A stretch of 64,000 bases of DNA from an uncultured Acidimicrobiia bacterium (lineage in GTDB: Bacteria > Actinomycetota > Acidimicrobiia > Acidimicrobiales > AC-14): positions 1 to 64,000 of the forward strand of contig CAWIIV010000011.1 in assembly GCA_963836205.1 (NCBI GenBank), written 5' to 3'. Below, piece by piece: positions 30,065-39,215 of the stretch. The position numbers and the translations under genes are program-made. The notes below the pieces were generated by a model. That model was not told the origin of the DNA and searched no databases. It was given only the letters and a program-made list of their open reading frames with translations. How positions within the stretch are numbered: position 1 is the first letter of the stretch; every line of letters begins with the position of its first letter.

Positions 30065-30635
30065 TGAGATCCCACGGCGTGGTCGCTGCAGAGTCACCCT
30101 CTGCATGTGACCGCTCCACGATCCCAGCACGAAGCCGTCGTCAAAAAGTGGACGACCTGGCTCGGACAGATCAAGGGGCACGTCCTCGAGCTACACCACC
30201 ACCGGGCCATCTGGCTAGCGATCAGCGACGCGATCAGCAACCGGGCCGGCGACACATCCGGCGTGTTCCGCGCCCACTACACGAAGCTTTATGTCGATGG
30301 ACAAGCGATGGCGATCCGTCGCTTGGTTGACCCGAAGGATCACGACTCGATCTCGCTCGGACGCCTCATCCTCGACATCAGGAACCAGAAGGACGTCTTG
30401 ACGCGGCAGCGGTACGTCGACCTGCATGTGACTGACGATGTCCGCGAGTGGGTGAAGGAGAACTGGGCTTGTCGCGCAACCAAGTTGTTTGATGAAGAGT
30501 GGGGGGACGGCTCAGGGAGCCTCGATCCCGTGAAGATCGACGCTGACCTCAATGAACTCGTTACCCTGTCCGCGGTTGTGTGGACCTGACCCGGTTTGAC
30601 GGACATCCGCGATCAGGGGCGAAGCCCCCGAAAGG

Positions 30636-30956
30636 ATGTCCACAATGGAGACCATGGCAGGCAAGAAGCCCCGCCGACGTCGGTCGTTCACCCCGGAGTT
30701 CAAGGCCGAGGTCGTCGCGCTGGTCCGCCAGCCCGGCCACACCGCCGGCAGCGTCGCCCGGGAGATGGGCCTGACCGACTCGGCGGTGCGGGAATGGGTC
30801 CGGCAGGCCGAGCGTGACGAAGGGGTCCGTGCCGACGGGCTGACAACAGCGGAGCGGGCCGAGATGGCCCAGCTGCGTAAGGAGCTGCGGGAGGCGCGTG
30901 AAGAACGCGACATCCTCAAGCGCGCGGTGGCTTTCTTCGCGAGGGAGACCCGGTGA
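30636..30956 (+). CDS. IS3 transposase OrfA (HTH)
   Basis: RRSFTPEFKAEVV, VAREMGL and ERDILKRAVAFF. Confidence 0.93.
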   Translation: MSTMETMAGKKPRRRRSFTPEFKAEVVALVRQPGHTAGSVAREMGLTDSAVREWVRQAERDEGVRADGLTTAERAEMAQLRKELREAREERDILKRAVAFFARETR

Positions 30957-31843
30957 GCGTGTTCCCGTTCATCGAGGCGGAGAAGGCTGGGCGTCGCAAC
31001 GTCGCCAAGGCGTGCGAGCTGCTCGAGGTCTCCCGGTCCGCCTTCTATGACTGGCGCCACCACCGCCCCTCCGTCCGCCAGCTGGCCAATGACGAGCTCG
31101 GCGAGCGCATCCAGGCCATCTACGACGAATCCCGTGGCACCTACGGCTGGCCGAGGGTGCACCGGGCCCTGCGGCGGGAGGGCATCCACGTCTCCCGCAA
31201 GCGGGTGGCCCGCATCATGCGCCAGAAAGCCCTGGTGGGACGCTGTCGCCGTCGGTTCACCAAGACCACCATCTCCGATCCCGACGTCACCGCCGCCGAC
31301 CTGGTCAAACGAGCCTTCGGGCCCGGCACCGTCGAGGTGGACCGGGTCTACGTGGGCGACATCACCTACATCTGGACCTGGGAGGGCTGGCTGTACCTGG
31401 CCACGGTCATCGACTTGTCCTCCCGCAAGGTGGTGGGCTGGGCCATGGCCGAGCACATGCGGGCCGAGCTCGCCTGCGACGCCCTGCGTATGGCCATCGG
31501 CGCCCGCCGGCCGGCACCCGGAGCGATCTTCCACTCCGATCGGGGGACCCAGTACACCAGCAGGGAGTTCACCGACCTGCTGGTCGACAACGACATGGTC
31601 CAGTCCCTGTCCCGGCCTCGCCAGTGCTGGGACAACGCGGTGGCGGAGAGCTTCTTCGCCTCCCTCAAGCTCGAGCTCGTCGACCGCCAGTCGTGGGCCA
31701 CGAGGGCACAGGTCAGGCGCGAGATCGCCTGGTACATCAAGGTGTTCTTCAACCGCAACCGGCTGCACTCCTCGCTCGACTACCTCACCCCCGTCGAGTA
31801 CGAGGCCACCATCCACCACCGCAAGGCCGCTCAAGCGGCATAG
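30953..31843 (+). CDS. IS3 transposase OrfB (rve DDE)
   Basis: GDITYI, FHSDRGTQY, DNAVAESFF and RLHSSLDY; -1 frame relative to OrfA. Confidence 0.95.
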   Translation: MSVFPFIEAEKAGRRNVAKACELLEVSRSAFYDWRHHRPSVRQLANDELGERIQAIYDESRGTYGWPRVHRALRREGIHVSRKRVARIMRQKALVGRCRRRFTKTTISDPDVTAADLVKRAFGPGTVEVDRVYVGDITYIWTWEGWLYLATVIDLSSRKVVGWAMAEHMRAELACDALRMAIGARRPAPGAIFHSDRGTQYTSREFTDLLVDNDMVQSLSRPRQCWDNAVAESFFASLKLELVDRQSWATRAQVRREIAWYIKVFFNRNRLHSSLDYLTPVEYEATIHHRKAAQAA

Positions 31844-32143
31844 TCAGGCTGTCCGGCAAACCGGGTCAACCCCAGTGAGCACTTTCGCAACAAAAGCAAT
31901 CGCCCACATCGACAAGCGGAGTGTCGACCAGCTTCCGACATTCGGCGAGTTGAATGCGGCGATCGAGGTCGTCGGTGAAAAGTTCAAGCGGTATGCCCTG
32001 CTTCTCACCGCATCCTCATGGGTCGAGCTTGCCCCCGCGATTCAGGACGACTGGCGATCAACGTTCCGTCGACCTCTCTTCTAACCTCTTTACTGGGACC
32101 GTTTCGAATCGCCATCCGCTCGAACCCTTCTGGCAGCCGTTGA

Positions 32144-32471
32144 TCAGCTCCCGGTTGGTTCACGTGGCAAGACCTCTTTGTCCGACTCATTCCACCGCTC
32201 GCGACCTTCCGGCCAGGGGTCCTTATGGAGTTCGCGCTCCGTCATATGTGCCACACGATTGTTGGCCCATCGGTCCCATGCGTCACGCCGAGCCGCCAAG
32301 CGCGTATAATGTGAACCTCGTACTGTCCTTCTTCGCAGCGAACTCAAAGAGAATACGAGCATGGATAGCCGCGCTCTCCAGGAAGGCAACCTGCGAGCCT
32401 CCTTCGGCCCGTTCAAAGGCGTCCGCCGCAAAGATCAGCCACTTCAGCTCATAGACGAGGTGAGTGCGCAT
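32144..32471 (-). pseudogene. Degenerate helical (HEPN-like) protein, frameshifted near 32290
   Basis: HLVYELKWL...FLESAAIHARILFEF (ORF 32283-32471), then WANNRVAHMTER in the overlapping 32144-32431 frame. Confidence 0.45.
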
Positions 32472-32908
32472 CTGGTACAGGCAATCGTCTTCTAATCAAT
32501 GACTCACGTCTCCCCATGCACCTCCACGGTAGCCACAGGCCGCTCACCCCAAGTGGGCGTGCCCTCGTCGTTGACCTGATCGCGCCAGCGGCGTTCTGGC
32601 GGCTGGGCTCTGGTGACGACAATCGGGGCGAACGATCGACGGCTCTGGGCGCGCTCCGACGGGCGCCGGGTGTCCGTAATGGGCGCCCAGAACCTGGGGC
32701 GGTCGCCACCCAAACGCGTAGCGAAAAGCCGGAGGAGGCAGGCCATCACCGCTGATCCTGGCCATGGCGGCGCCGTCCTCGCGTCGATACCAACATGCCA
32801 TTTGCCACCGCAATGAGTGCAGCGGTCGCGACGCTAGCGATCCTCCGGGTTTGTCACTGGTCGTCTGCAGACAGGTTCCGAACGAGGCGGCAGCACCGTT
32901 GTGGCGCG

Positions 32909-33556
32909 TCAGGCGGGGGTGAAGCGGAGGGTGGCGGCCATGCCGTCGGCGACCTCTTCGACGCCCTTGGCCAGGGGCGGGTTGCCGGTGCTGGCGGTCA
33001 GGACGGCCAGCCATTCGGTGGTGAGGACGGGGACGAAGTACTGCGTGAGGGCCACCGGCCGGGGCTCGGGCATGGCGGGGAGGCGCATGGTTTGGCGGGT
33101 TGCCACCTTGACGCCTACGCCTCCGGGCAGGACGACCTCCTCCACCCGGCGGGCGTCGGCCTCCTCGCCGGGGGACGCGAGGGCCCGGCGGTAGACCTCC
33201 CGCAGGCCGGCGACGGGGATGCCCTCGCCGTGGGTGTCGAGCTTGCGCCAGGCGAGGGTGGCGCTGGCCGACACCAGCTCGCCACCGACGTCGGCCGCGA
33301 GGATGGCGGCCATGAACACCTTCTCCCGGTGGAGCTGGCGCATGACGTCGAGGAGGGCGCGGCGGACGGGTCCCCGCTCCGCAGCCGCGTCGGGCCGGCC
33401 GGCCGAGCGCTGGTCGAGGAAGGCATCGAGCCATGCGTCCCACGTGTCGGGGTTGAGGTCGAGCACGGTCCAGTGGTCGGGGACGTCGATGGCGAAGCCG
33501 ATTGGAGGACGGGGGATATCGGCCGCGTAGCCGGCGGGGGGCAGGACGTCGGTCAT
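32909..33556 (-). CDS. T7SS-locus accessory protein, possibly DcrB/PsbP/Eag-like fold
   Basis: ATGA-coupled to the eccC stop; FAIDVPDHW at the N-terminus, QYFVP, and C-terminal MAATLRF. Confidence 0.7.
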   Translation of the reverse strand: MTDVLPPAGYAADIPRPPIGFAIDVPDHWTVLDLNPDTWDAWLDAFLDQRSAGRPDAAAERGPVRRALLDVMRQLHREKVFMAAILAADVGGELVSASATLAWRKLDTHGEGIPVAGLREVYRRALASPGEEADARRVEEVVLPGGVGVKVATRQTMRLPAMPEPRPVALTQYFVPVLTTEWLAVLTASTGNPPLAKGVEEVADGMAATLRFTPA

Positions 33557-36500
33557 CTCGGTACCTGGACGATCCGGGCCTCGCCGTCGAGGCCGAGGAC
33601 GGCTCTCCCCGGCGGCATGCGGCCGGTGAGGTTTCGGGGCAGGCGGAGTCCGATCAGGTCGCCGTCGAGGGTGGACGGCGGTGACAGCAGAAGGCCCGCC
33701 TTGGACTTCTTGGCCTCCACGATGGTGCCCCGCAGCTCGTTCTTGAGGTCGTCGAGCTGGCCCCCGACCACCACCGCCACCCGCCCCCGGCCGGCAGCCC
33801 GCAGGTAGTCCTTTACCGCGTCGTCGGCCGGCGTGCGGGCCAGCACCTCGGCGTCGTCGATCACGATCGCCAGCGGGCCCTCGTACCCGGCCAACAGGGT
33901 GGCCAGCTCCGGTCCGTCGGGCACGCCATCGAGCACATCCGCGCGCTCCCCGCCCAGATCGGTGAGGGGAGACGGGCGGGGACACAGGGCCAGCACCTGG
34001 CCGCCGCTGGCCAGGACGCTGCGGGCGATGGTGAGCAGGGCGGTGCTGCGGCCGGTCTTGCCCGGTCCCGCCACCACGAAGCCGCCCTCAACGGCGAGGT
34101 CGACGCCCACTGCCGCCAGTTCGTCGCCGCCCACGCCCACCAGCGCCCGCAGGGGCGACGAGGGTCGGCTACCGTCACCCGCGGCGGCGGCCTCGGCCAG
34201 GGCCCACGCCCGGTCGAAGCCGATGGTGGTGGGCAGGGCGTCGACCCGGAAGGGACGATTGTCGCGCTCGGCCGCCGGCCACCGTTGGTGCGCCAGCCGG
34301 CCCAGCTCCCGCACCGCCGCCGCCTGGGCCTGTCCCGACGGGTCGGGATCAAGGAGGGCGAACTGCACCTCGGAGCCGGAGTCGGCCCGGAAGGCCCGCC
34401 CCGGCGGCACGTCTTCAGGGATGGTGCGGGGGTTGAGGTTGGCCAGGCGGTAGTCGTTGCGGTCGGCCAGGCGCAGCACCAGCTTGTCCTCCACCTGCGC
34501 CGCCATGCGGTCCATGAGCAGGCTGCGGTCGCCGGCGATGACCAGGCGAAGGCCGACGCCGGCGCCCTCCCGCACCAGGCGGAGGATGGCCGCCGGCAGC
34601 TCCGAGCCGGTGTCGGTGGAGAACTGGGCGGTGAACCCCTCCCACCGGTCGAGGAGGACGACCAGGTAGGGCAGTCGCTCGGAAGGCGGTACCGCCTGCC
34701 GCTGCTCGCCGATGTCGCCCAGTCCCGACCGGGCCAGCAGCTCCAGGCGGCGGGCGACCTCGTTCCCGAGCCGGGCGACCAGGCGCTCGACGCGGCCGGT
34801 CTCCGACCCGACGACCACGCCCCCGCAGTGGGGTAGGTCGTCGAGGGGCAGGAGGGCGCCGTTGCCGAAGTCGAGGCCGTAGAGGTGGACGTCGGACGGC
34901 GATGTCGAGCGGGCAACGGAGGCGGCGATGGTCCTCAGTGCGCTGGAGCGTCCCGACCGGGCCGAGCCGGCGATGAGGACGTGGCTGCCGCCGACGAGGT
35001 CGAACGTGGCCGGCCGCTGGGCCTGGGCCGCGGGCAGGTCCTCCATGCCGATAACGGCGCCGGCCCCGGCTGCCTCGGGTAGTAGTACCGTGGTAGGAAG
35101 CGGCGGGAGCCACGGGCTGCGGGGTCGGGGGAGGCCGGCCCGGGCCGCGGCCCCGCCGATGATCTCGACCAGGGCGCTCAGATCGGTGGCGGCGCCGGCC
35201 TTGTCGTCGGCCCGCTGGGCGGCCGCCATCGGGTGGCCGAGGCGGTTCCACGGCACGGAGGCGACTCGTGGCGGGGGCACGTTGACGGTGGCGCCCTTGC
35301 GCCGACCGGCCACCCGGGCCGTCTGGAACTCCACCAGCACCGCCCGTCCCCCGGTGCGCACGTAACCCCGGCCGGGGGTGGCCCTGGTGATCGACGCCGC
35401 GTTGGGGGCGTCGAGCACCTCGCTGCTGTCCTGCTTGTCCTCCATCCGCAGGGCCACCCGCAGGCCGGTGTTGGCCTTCATCTCGGGGGACACCACGCCG
35501 GCCGGCCGTTGGGTGGCGAGGATGAGGTGCACACCGAGCGACCGTCCCACCCGGGCGATACGGATGAGGCCGCTCACGAAGTCGGGCAGCTCCCGGACCA
35601 GCTCGGCGAACTCGTCGATGACGATCACCAGCCGAGCCAGGCCGGCGTCGGCCGATCGCTGGGCGTCGCGCTCCCAGGCCGAGTCGACATCGGGGACTCC
35701 CATGTCCTTGAGGACGTGCTCCCGGCGCTTGAGCTCGGCGTCGAGGGAGACGAGGGCCCGCTCGGTGAGGTGCCCGTCGAGGTTGGTGACCATGCCGACG
35801 GTGTGGGGCAGGCGCTCGCAGTCGGCGAAGGCGCTGGCGCCCTTGTAGTCGACGAGCACGAAGTTCATGGCACTGGGACGGTTGGCCACCGCCAGCGACG
35901 CCACCACCGTCTGGAGGAACTCGCTCTTGCCTGCGCCGGTGGTGCCCGCCACCAGGGCGTGGGGGCCGTCCCGCTTGAGGTCGAGGTAGAGGGGCCCGTC
36001 GATCGACACGCCCACCAGGGCCTCGGTGGTGCGGCCCGCGCCCAGCCACGTGCTGGCGATGTCGTCGGGACGCTCGAGGTCGAGGTCGGCCAGTTCCACG
36101 AAGCGCACGAACTTGGGGATGGTGGCCTCCCCGTCCTCCCCACCGGTGTCGCGGATCGGGGCCAGGCTGCGGGCGACGTCGTCGGCCCACGACGCGTCAA
36201 CCTGGTCGAACAGGACCTGGCCCACCTCCTCCACGCCGTCGACCTCCAGGGTGGCCAGCGTGGGGTCGTCGGGGTCGACCACCAGCTGGGCCCGTCCCTC
36301 CTCGGCCAGGCGGGTGACGTCGCGGTCGAGCCCGATGGCGTAGATCCCGACCGCCGGTCCCTCCCGAAGCAGGCGGGGCACGCCCGGCACCGATCGCAGG
36401 GGACGGATGCCGTCGAAGACGACCACGTAGGTGGGCGTGAACGTGAGGCCGCGGTGCTCCTTGTCGACCTCGGCCCGGGCCTCGAGCACCTTGAGCAGCT

Positions 36501-37872
36501 CCTTGACCCGCTCCTCGCGGGTCGTGCGGTCGTTGCCCACCAGGGCCGGCGGCGCCTGGGGGTCGTCGGGCCGGATGTGGGGCAGCCAGCGAATCCAGTC
36601 CCAGTCGGCGCCGGCGTCGGCGTCGGTGAGGACGACCAGCTGCAGGTCGCGCGGGCTGCGGAGGGTGGTCAGCTGGGCGACCAGCCAGCGGGCGGCGGCC
36701 CGGATGGGGCCGGGCGGCCCGGCCACGCCGAGGACGCCGGCCTGAGCGAGGTCGACGCCGACGGGGACGGTGGGGAGGCGGGGCGGGGCCTGGTCGGGTC
36801 GCCCGCCGGTGCTGGTGATGGCGATCGACGCGGGCCGGTCGGCCACGCCCACCCGCAGCAGGGCGGCGTCGAGGTCGTGCTCCCGCCGCTCCCAGAGGCG
36901 CCGGTTGGGACCGGTGGCGATGGCGGCCAGAGTGGGTGGGTCGGGGAACTGGTGCCGGGTGAGGCTCACCTCCCGTTCGGCGGCCTCGAACATCAGGGCC
37001 TGGGCCTCGGCCACCTCGGCGTCGTGGCGAGCTTGCTCCTTGGCCGTGCGCTTGGCCTGCCGGCGGCGGCCGTACATGGCGTTGGCAACGGCCACCACCG
37101 GGAAGAGCAGCGCCTGCGGGCCCCAGAACAGCAGGCCCGCAACCGCCGGCACAGCCGGGGTGGCCACCTGGGCCCACGGGAAGGCCTGGTCGTCGCGGTC
37201 GGCCTGGCGGCCGGGGAACGCCACCGACGCCTCCCGTCGGGCGGGACGGATGCGGGCCGGCCGGTTGAAGGCCAGGCCGCCGGCGTCGTCCGGGTGGAGG
37301 TCGGCGTCGGCCTCCTTTGGGGCGCGGACCTCGAGCAGGCACGTGCCGACCTCGATCAGCTGGCCCGGCCGGAGCCGTGTGGGGCGGTCGAGGCGGACGC
37401 CGCCGACCCACGTCCCGTTGGTCGACCCGGCGTCGTCCACCGTGAACCCGTCCCCATCGACGGTGAGGCGGCAGTGGATGCGAGAGACGGAGGTGTCGTC
37501 GAGGCGGATGTCGGCCTGGGCCGAGCGCCCGAGCGTCACCTCGCCCTCGGAGAGCGGCCACGTGCGACCGCTCAGCGGTCCACCGACGACGGCGAGCTCG
37601 AGGGGGGCGTGGCGTTTGCCACCGGCACGCCTGCCGCTGCCGTTGGCGTTGCCGGCCGGTCCCGGGGCGCCGACCAGGAGGACGTCGCCGTCGTGCAGAC
37701 CGCTGTCGGCCAGGAGCCCGTCCCCCGGTAGGCGGCGACCGCGCACGAACAGGTCGGTGCCGGCGCCCACCGCGGCCATGACGTCGGCCATCGAGGTCTC
37801 CGCCTCCGCCACCAGGACGACGTGGTCGACCCGGCCCGAATAGTCGTCGAGGATGCGCAGGTTCAGTCGCAT
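33553..37872 (-). CDS. EccC/EssC-like FtsK/SpoIIIE type VII secretion ATPase with N-terminal ubiquitin-like (YukD-like) and FHA domains
   Basis: FHA residues GR, SRIH and STNGT; three ATPase domains (GTTGAGKS/IDEFAEL, GSARSGRS, GPGKTGRS); GRSLGVHLILATQRP. Start placed at ATG 37872. Confidence 0.92.
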   Translation of the reverse strand: MRLNLRILDDYSGRVDHVVLVAEAETSMADVMAAVGAGTDLFVRGRRLPGDGLLADSGLHDGDVLLVGAPGPAGNANGSGRRAGGKRHAPLELAVVGGPLSGRTWPLSEGEVTLGRSAQADIRLDDTSVSRIHCRLTVDGDGFTVDDAGSTNGTWVGGVRLDRPTRLRPGQLIEVGTCLLEVRAPKEADADLHPDDAGGLAFNRPARIRPARREASVAFPGRQADRDDQAFPWAQVATPAVPAVAGLLFWGPQALLFPVVAVANAMYGRRRQAKRTAKEQARHDAEVAEAQALMFEAAEREVSLTRHQFPDPPTLAAIATGPNRRLWERREHDLDAALLRVGVADRPASIAITSTGGRPDQAPPRLPTVPVGVDLAQAGVLGVAGPPGPIRAAARWLVAQLTTLRSPRDLQLVVLTDADAGADWDWIRWLPHIRPDDPQAPPALVGNDRTTREERVKELLKVLEARAEVDKEHRGLTFTPTYVVVFDGIRPLRSVPGVPRLLREGPAVGIYAIGLDRDVTRLAEEGRAQLVVDPDDPTLATLEVDGVEEVGQVLFDQVDASWADDVARSLAPIRDTGGEDGEATIPKFVRFVELADLDLERPDDIASTWLGAGRTTEALVGVSIDGPLYLDLKRDGPHALVAGTTGAGKSEFLQTVVASLAVANRPSAMNFVLVDYKGASAFADCERLPHTVGMVTNLDGHLTERALVSLDAELKRREHVLKDMGVPDVDSAWERDAQRSADAGLARLVIVIDEFAELVRELPDFVSGLIRIARVGRSLGVHLILATQRPAGVVSPEMKANTGLRVALRMEDKQDSSEVLDAPNAASITRATPGRGYVRTGGRAVLVEFQTARVAGRRKGATVNVPPPRVASVPWNRLGHPMAAAQRADDKAGAATDLSALVEIIGGAAARAGLPRPRSPWLPPLPTTVLLPEAAGAGAVIGMEDLPAAQAQRPATFDLVGGSHVLIAGSARSGRSSALRTIAASVARSTSPSDVHLYGLDFGNGALLPLDDLPHCGGVVVGSETGRVERLVARLGNEVARRLELLARSGLGDIGEQRQAVPPSERLPYLVVLLDRWEGFTAQFSTDTGSELPAAILRLVREGAGVGLRLVIAGDRSLLMDRMAAQVEDKLVLRLADRNDYRLANLNPRTIPEDVPPGRAFRADSGSEVQFALLDPDPSGQAQAAAVRELGRLAHQRWPAAERDNRPFRVDALPTTIGFDRAWALAEAAAAGDGSRPSSPLRALVGVGGDELAAVGVDLAVEGGFVVAGPGKTGRSTALLTIARSVLASGGQVLALCPRPSPLTDLGGERADVLDGVPDGPELATLLAGYEGPLAIVIDDAEVLARTPADDAVKDYLRAAGRGRVAVVVGGQLDDLKNELRGTIVEAKKSKAGLLLSPPSTLDGDLIGLRLPRNLTGRMPPGRAVLGLDGEARIVQVPR

Positions 37873-37960
37873 GAAACCTCTGCCGGACGCCGGCGCACGG
37901 ACCCCATCGTCTCCGGGTGCGTGCTGGATCCAGACTACCGGCAGCGAGCTCTTACTGAAT

Positions 37961-38429
37961 TCGTCGCGCTGGCGTTTGCTGTTGGCTGGGCCGGACACCC
38001 AAGGCGGAAAGCGAGGCACTCATGCCAGCGATCAAGGTCACGTCGGAGCAACTGGAGTCGGTCTCCCGGCTTCTCGACAGCGGGCGCCAGGACGTGGCCC
38101 AGCAGCTCGCCTCCATGGAGGGCCAGGTCAAGGGCCTCGTCGACGCCGACTGGCAGGGAGCGGCCTCCAGCAGCTTCCGCGACATGTGGGACCAGTGGCA
38201 CACCGGCGCCCGCCAGGTGGAAGAGGCCCTGGCCGGGATCTCCCAGCTCCTCCAGCAGGCGGCCACGACCTACCGCGACACGGAGGACCAGCTCTCCAGC
38301 CAGATGCGCGGGTAGCCGAAGGCGAGGACGCAGCGGTGGAGCTGTACGTCGACGTCGACGCCCTGGCCGAGCTGTCCCGCCAGCTCGACGACGTCAAGGC
38401 GGCCCTGGAGCGGGCCCACGACGACGTCG
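37961..38429 (+). repeat. 469-bp direct repeat, copy 2
   Basis: Near-identical to 11505-11973. Confidence 0.95.
38022..38315 (+). CDS. WXG100 family protein, copy 2 (identical to copy 1)
   Basis: Same 97-aa translation as 11566-11859. Confidence 0.95.
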   Translation: MPAIKVTSEQLESVSRLLDSGRQDVAQQLASMEGQVKGLVDADWQGAASSSFRDMWDQWHTGARQVEEALAGISQLLQQAATTYRDTEDQLSSQMRG

Positions 38430-38440
38430 GACCACCGTAG
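38336..38440 (+). pseudogene. Truncated copy of the WXG100-like partner gene
   Basis: Identity with 11880 onward ends at 38429, followed by a stop at 38440. Confidence 0.85.
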
Positions 38441-38533
38441 AAGACGGTTGGAGGAGGGTACGCGTGTGAACAGCGTGTCGATCCAGGAACGACAAGCGGG
38501 AGGAACCGTGGGCGCCAATCCCCTGGGGGACCA

Positions 38534-39145
38534 ATGAGCTTGTTCAAGAAGCGTTTCCAGCGGTTCATGTCCCACTACCGGCCCGACGGGCAGGCGCCCT
38601 CCGGTGAGGCACCCGACCTACCCGGCAGCCTGTCGGCCACCGGGTTCGACGAGCCGATGTCGCAGTACGCAGGGTGCACGTTCGACCGGGGGCTGTACCG
38701 GCTGCACACGCAGGCGTCGTCCGTCCTGGCCAACGGTTGGGTCGCAGAGGCGTTCCCGGAGTTCGCCCACCGGGTCCACTGCTTCGGCTTCGACTGGTCG
38801 GGCGACCAGTTCGCGCTCGACCGGGCGCGTACCCACAAGGGTGAGAACCTGGTCCTGCTGCTGGAGGCGGGCACGGCCGAGGCGCTGGAGATCCCGGCCA
38901 CCTTCGCCGCCTTCCACGACCAGGAGCTGGTCGACGAGGGGGAGGCGGCGCTCAGCATCAGCTTCTGGCAGGAGTGGCTGGCGGCCAATCCCGGCCAGGT
39001 GCCCCTGCGCTTCGCCGACTGCGTGGGGTACAAGGTGCCGCTGTTCCTCGGCGGCGAGGACACGGTCGAAAACCTGGAGGTCATCGACGTCGACGTGTAC
39101 TGGACGATCACCGGTCAGCTGCGGCGGCAGGTGGAGCAGATCTGA
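38534..39145 (+). CDS. Tdi1-like (GAD-like/DUF1851) immunity protein, orphan
   Basis: GLYRLH, FGFDWSG.QFALD and CVGYKVPLFLGGEDTVENLE..D..VYW motifs. Confidence 0.85.
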   Translation: MSLFKKRFQRFMSHYRPDGQAPSGEAPDLPGSLSATGFDEPMSQYAGCTFDRGLYRLHTQASSVLANGWVAEAFPEFAHRVHCFGFDWSGDQFALDRARTHKGENLVLLLEAGTAEALEIPATFAAFHDQELVDEGEAALSISFWQEWLAANPGQVPLRFADCVGYKVPLFLGGEDTVENLEVIDVDVYWTITGQLRRQVEQI

Positions 39146-39215
39146 CGTCACCAAGGCGGCTGTCCCGTCGAGGGTGAGTGCGAGCGCCTGGCGACCCGGG
39201 TGGCAGCATGGGGCC

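Larger units (their letters stand above)
30581..31874 (+). mobile_element. IS3-family insertion sequence
   Basis: TG...CA ends, about 25-bp IRs (TGGACCTGACCCGGTTTGACGGACA), and 3-bp TSD GTG. Confidence 0.94.
30107..32084 (+). pseudogene. HEPN/AbiU2-like protein (226 aa when reconstituted) split by an IS3 element
   Basis: 30107-30580 and 31878-32084 rejoin in frame (TLSAVV|STFATKAIAHIDKR). IRRLVD...SISL and KAIAHID patterns are present. Confidence 0.7.

Noticed and set aside
11505-38429. Prophage or ICE as the explanation for the island
   Set aside because: No integrase, relaxase or phage structural gene is present; the only FtsK-like ATPase is EccC-type.
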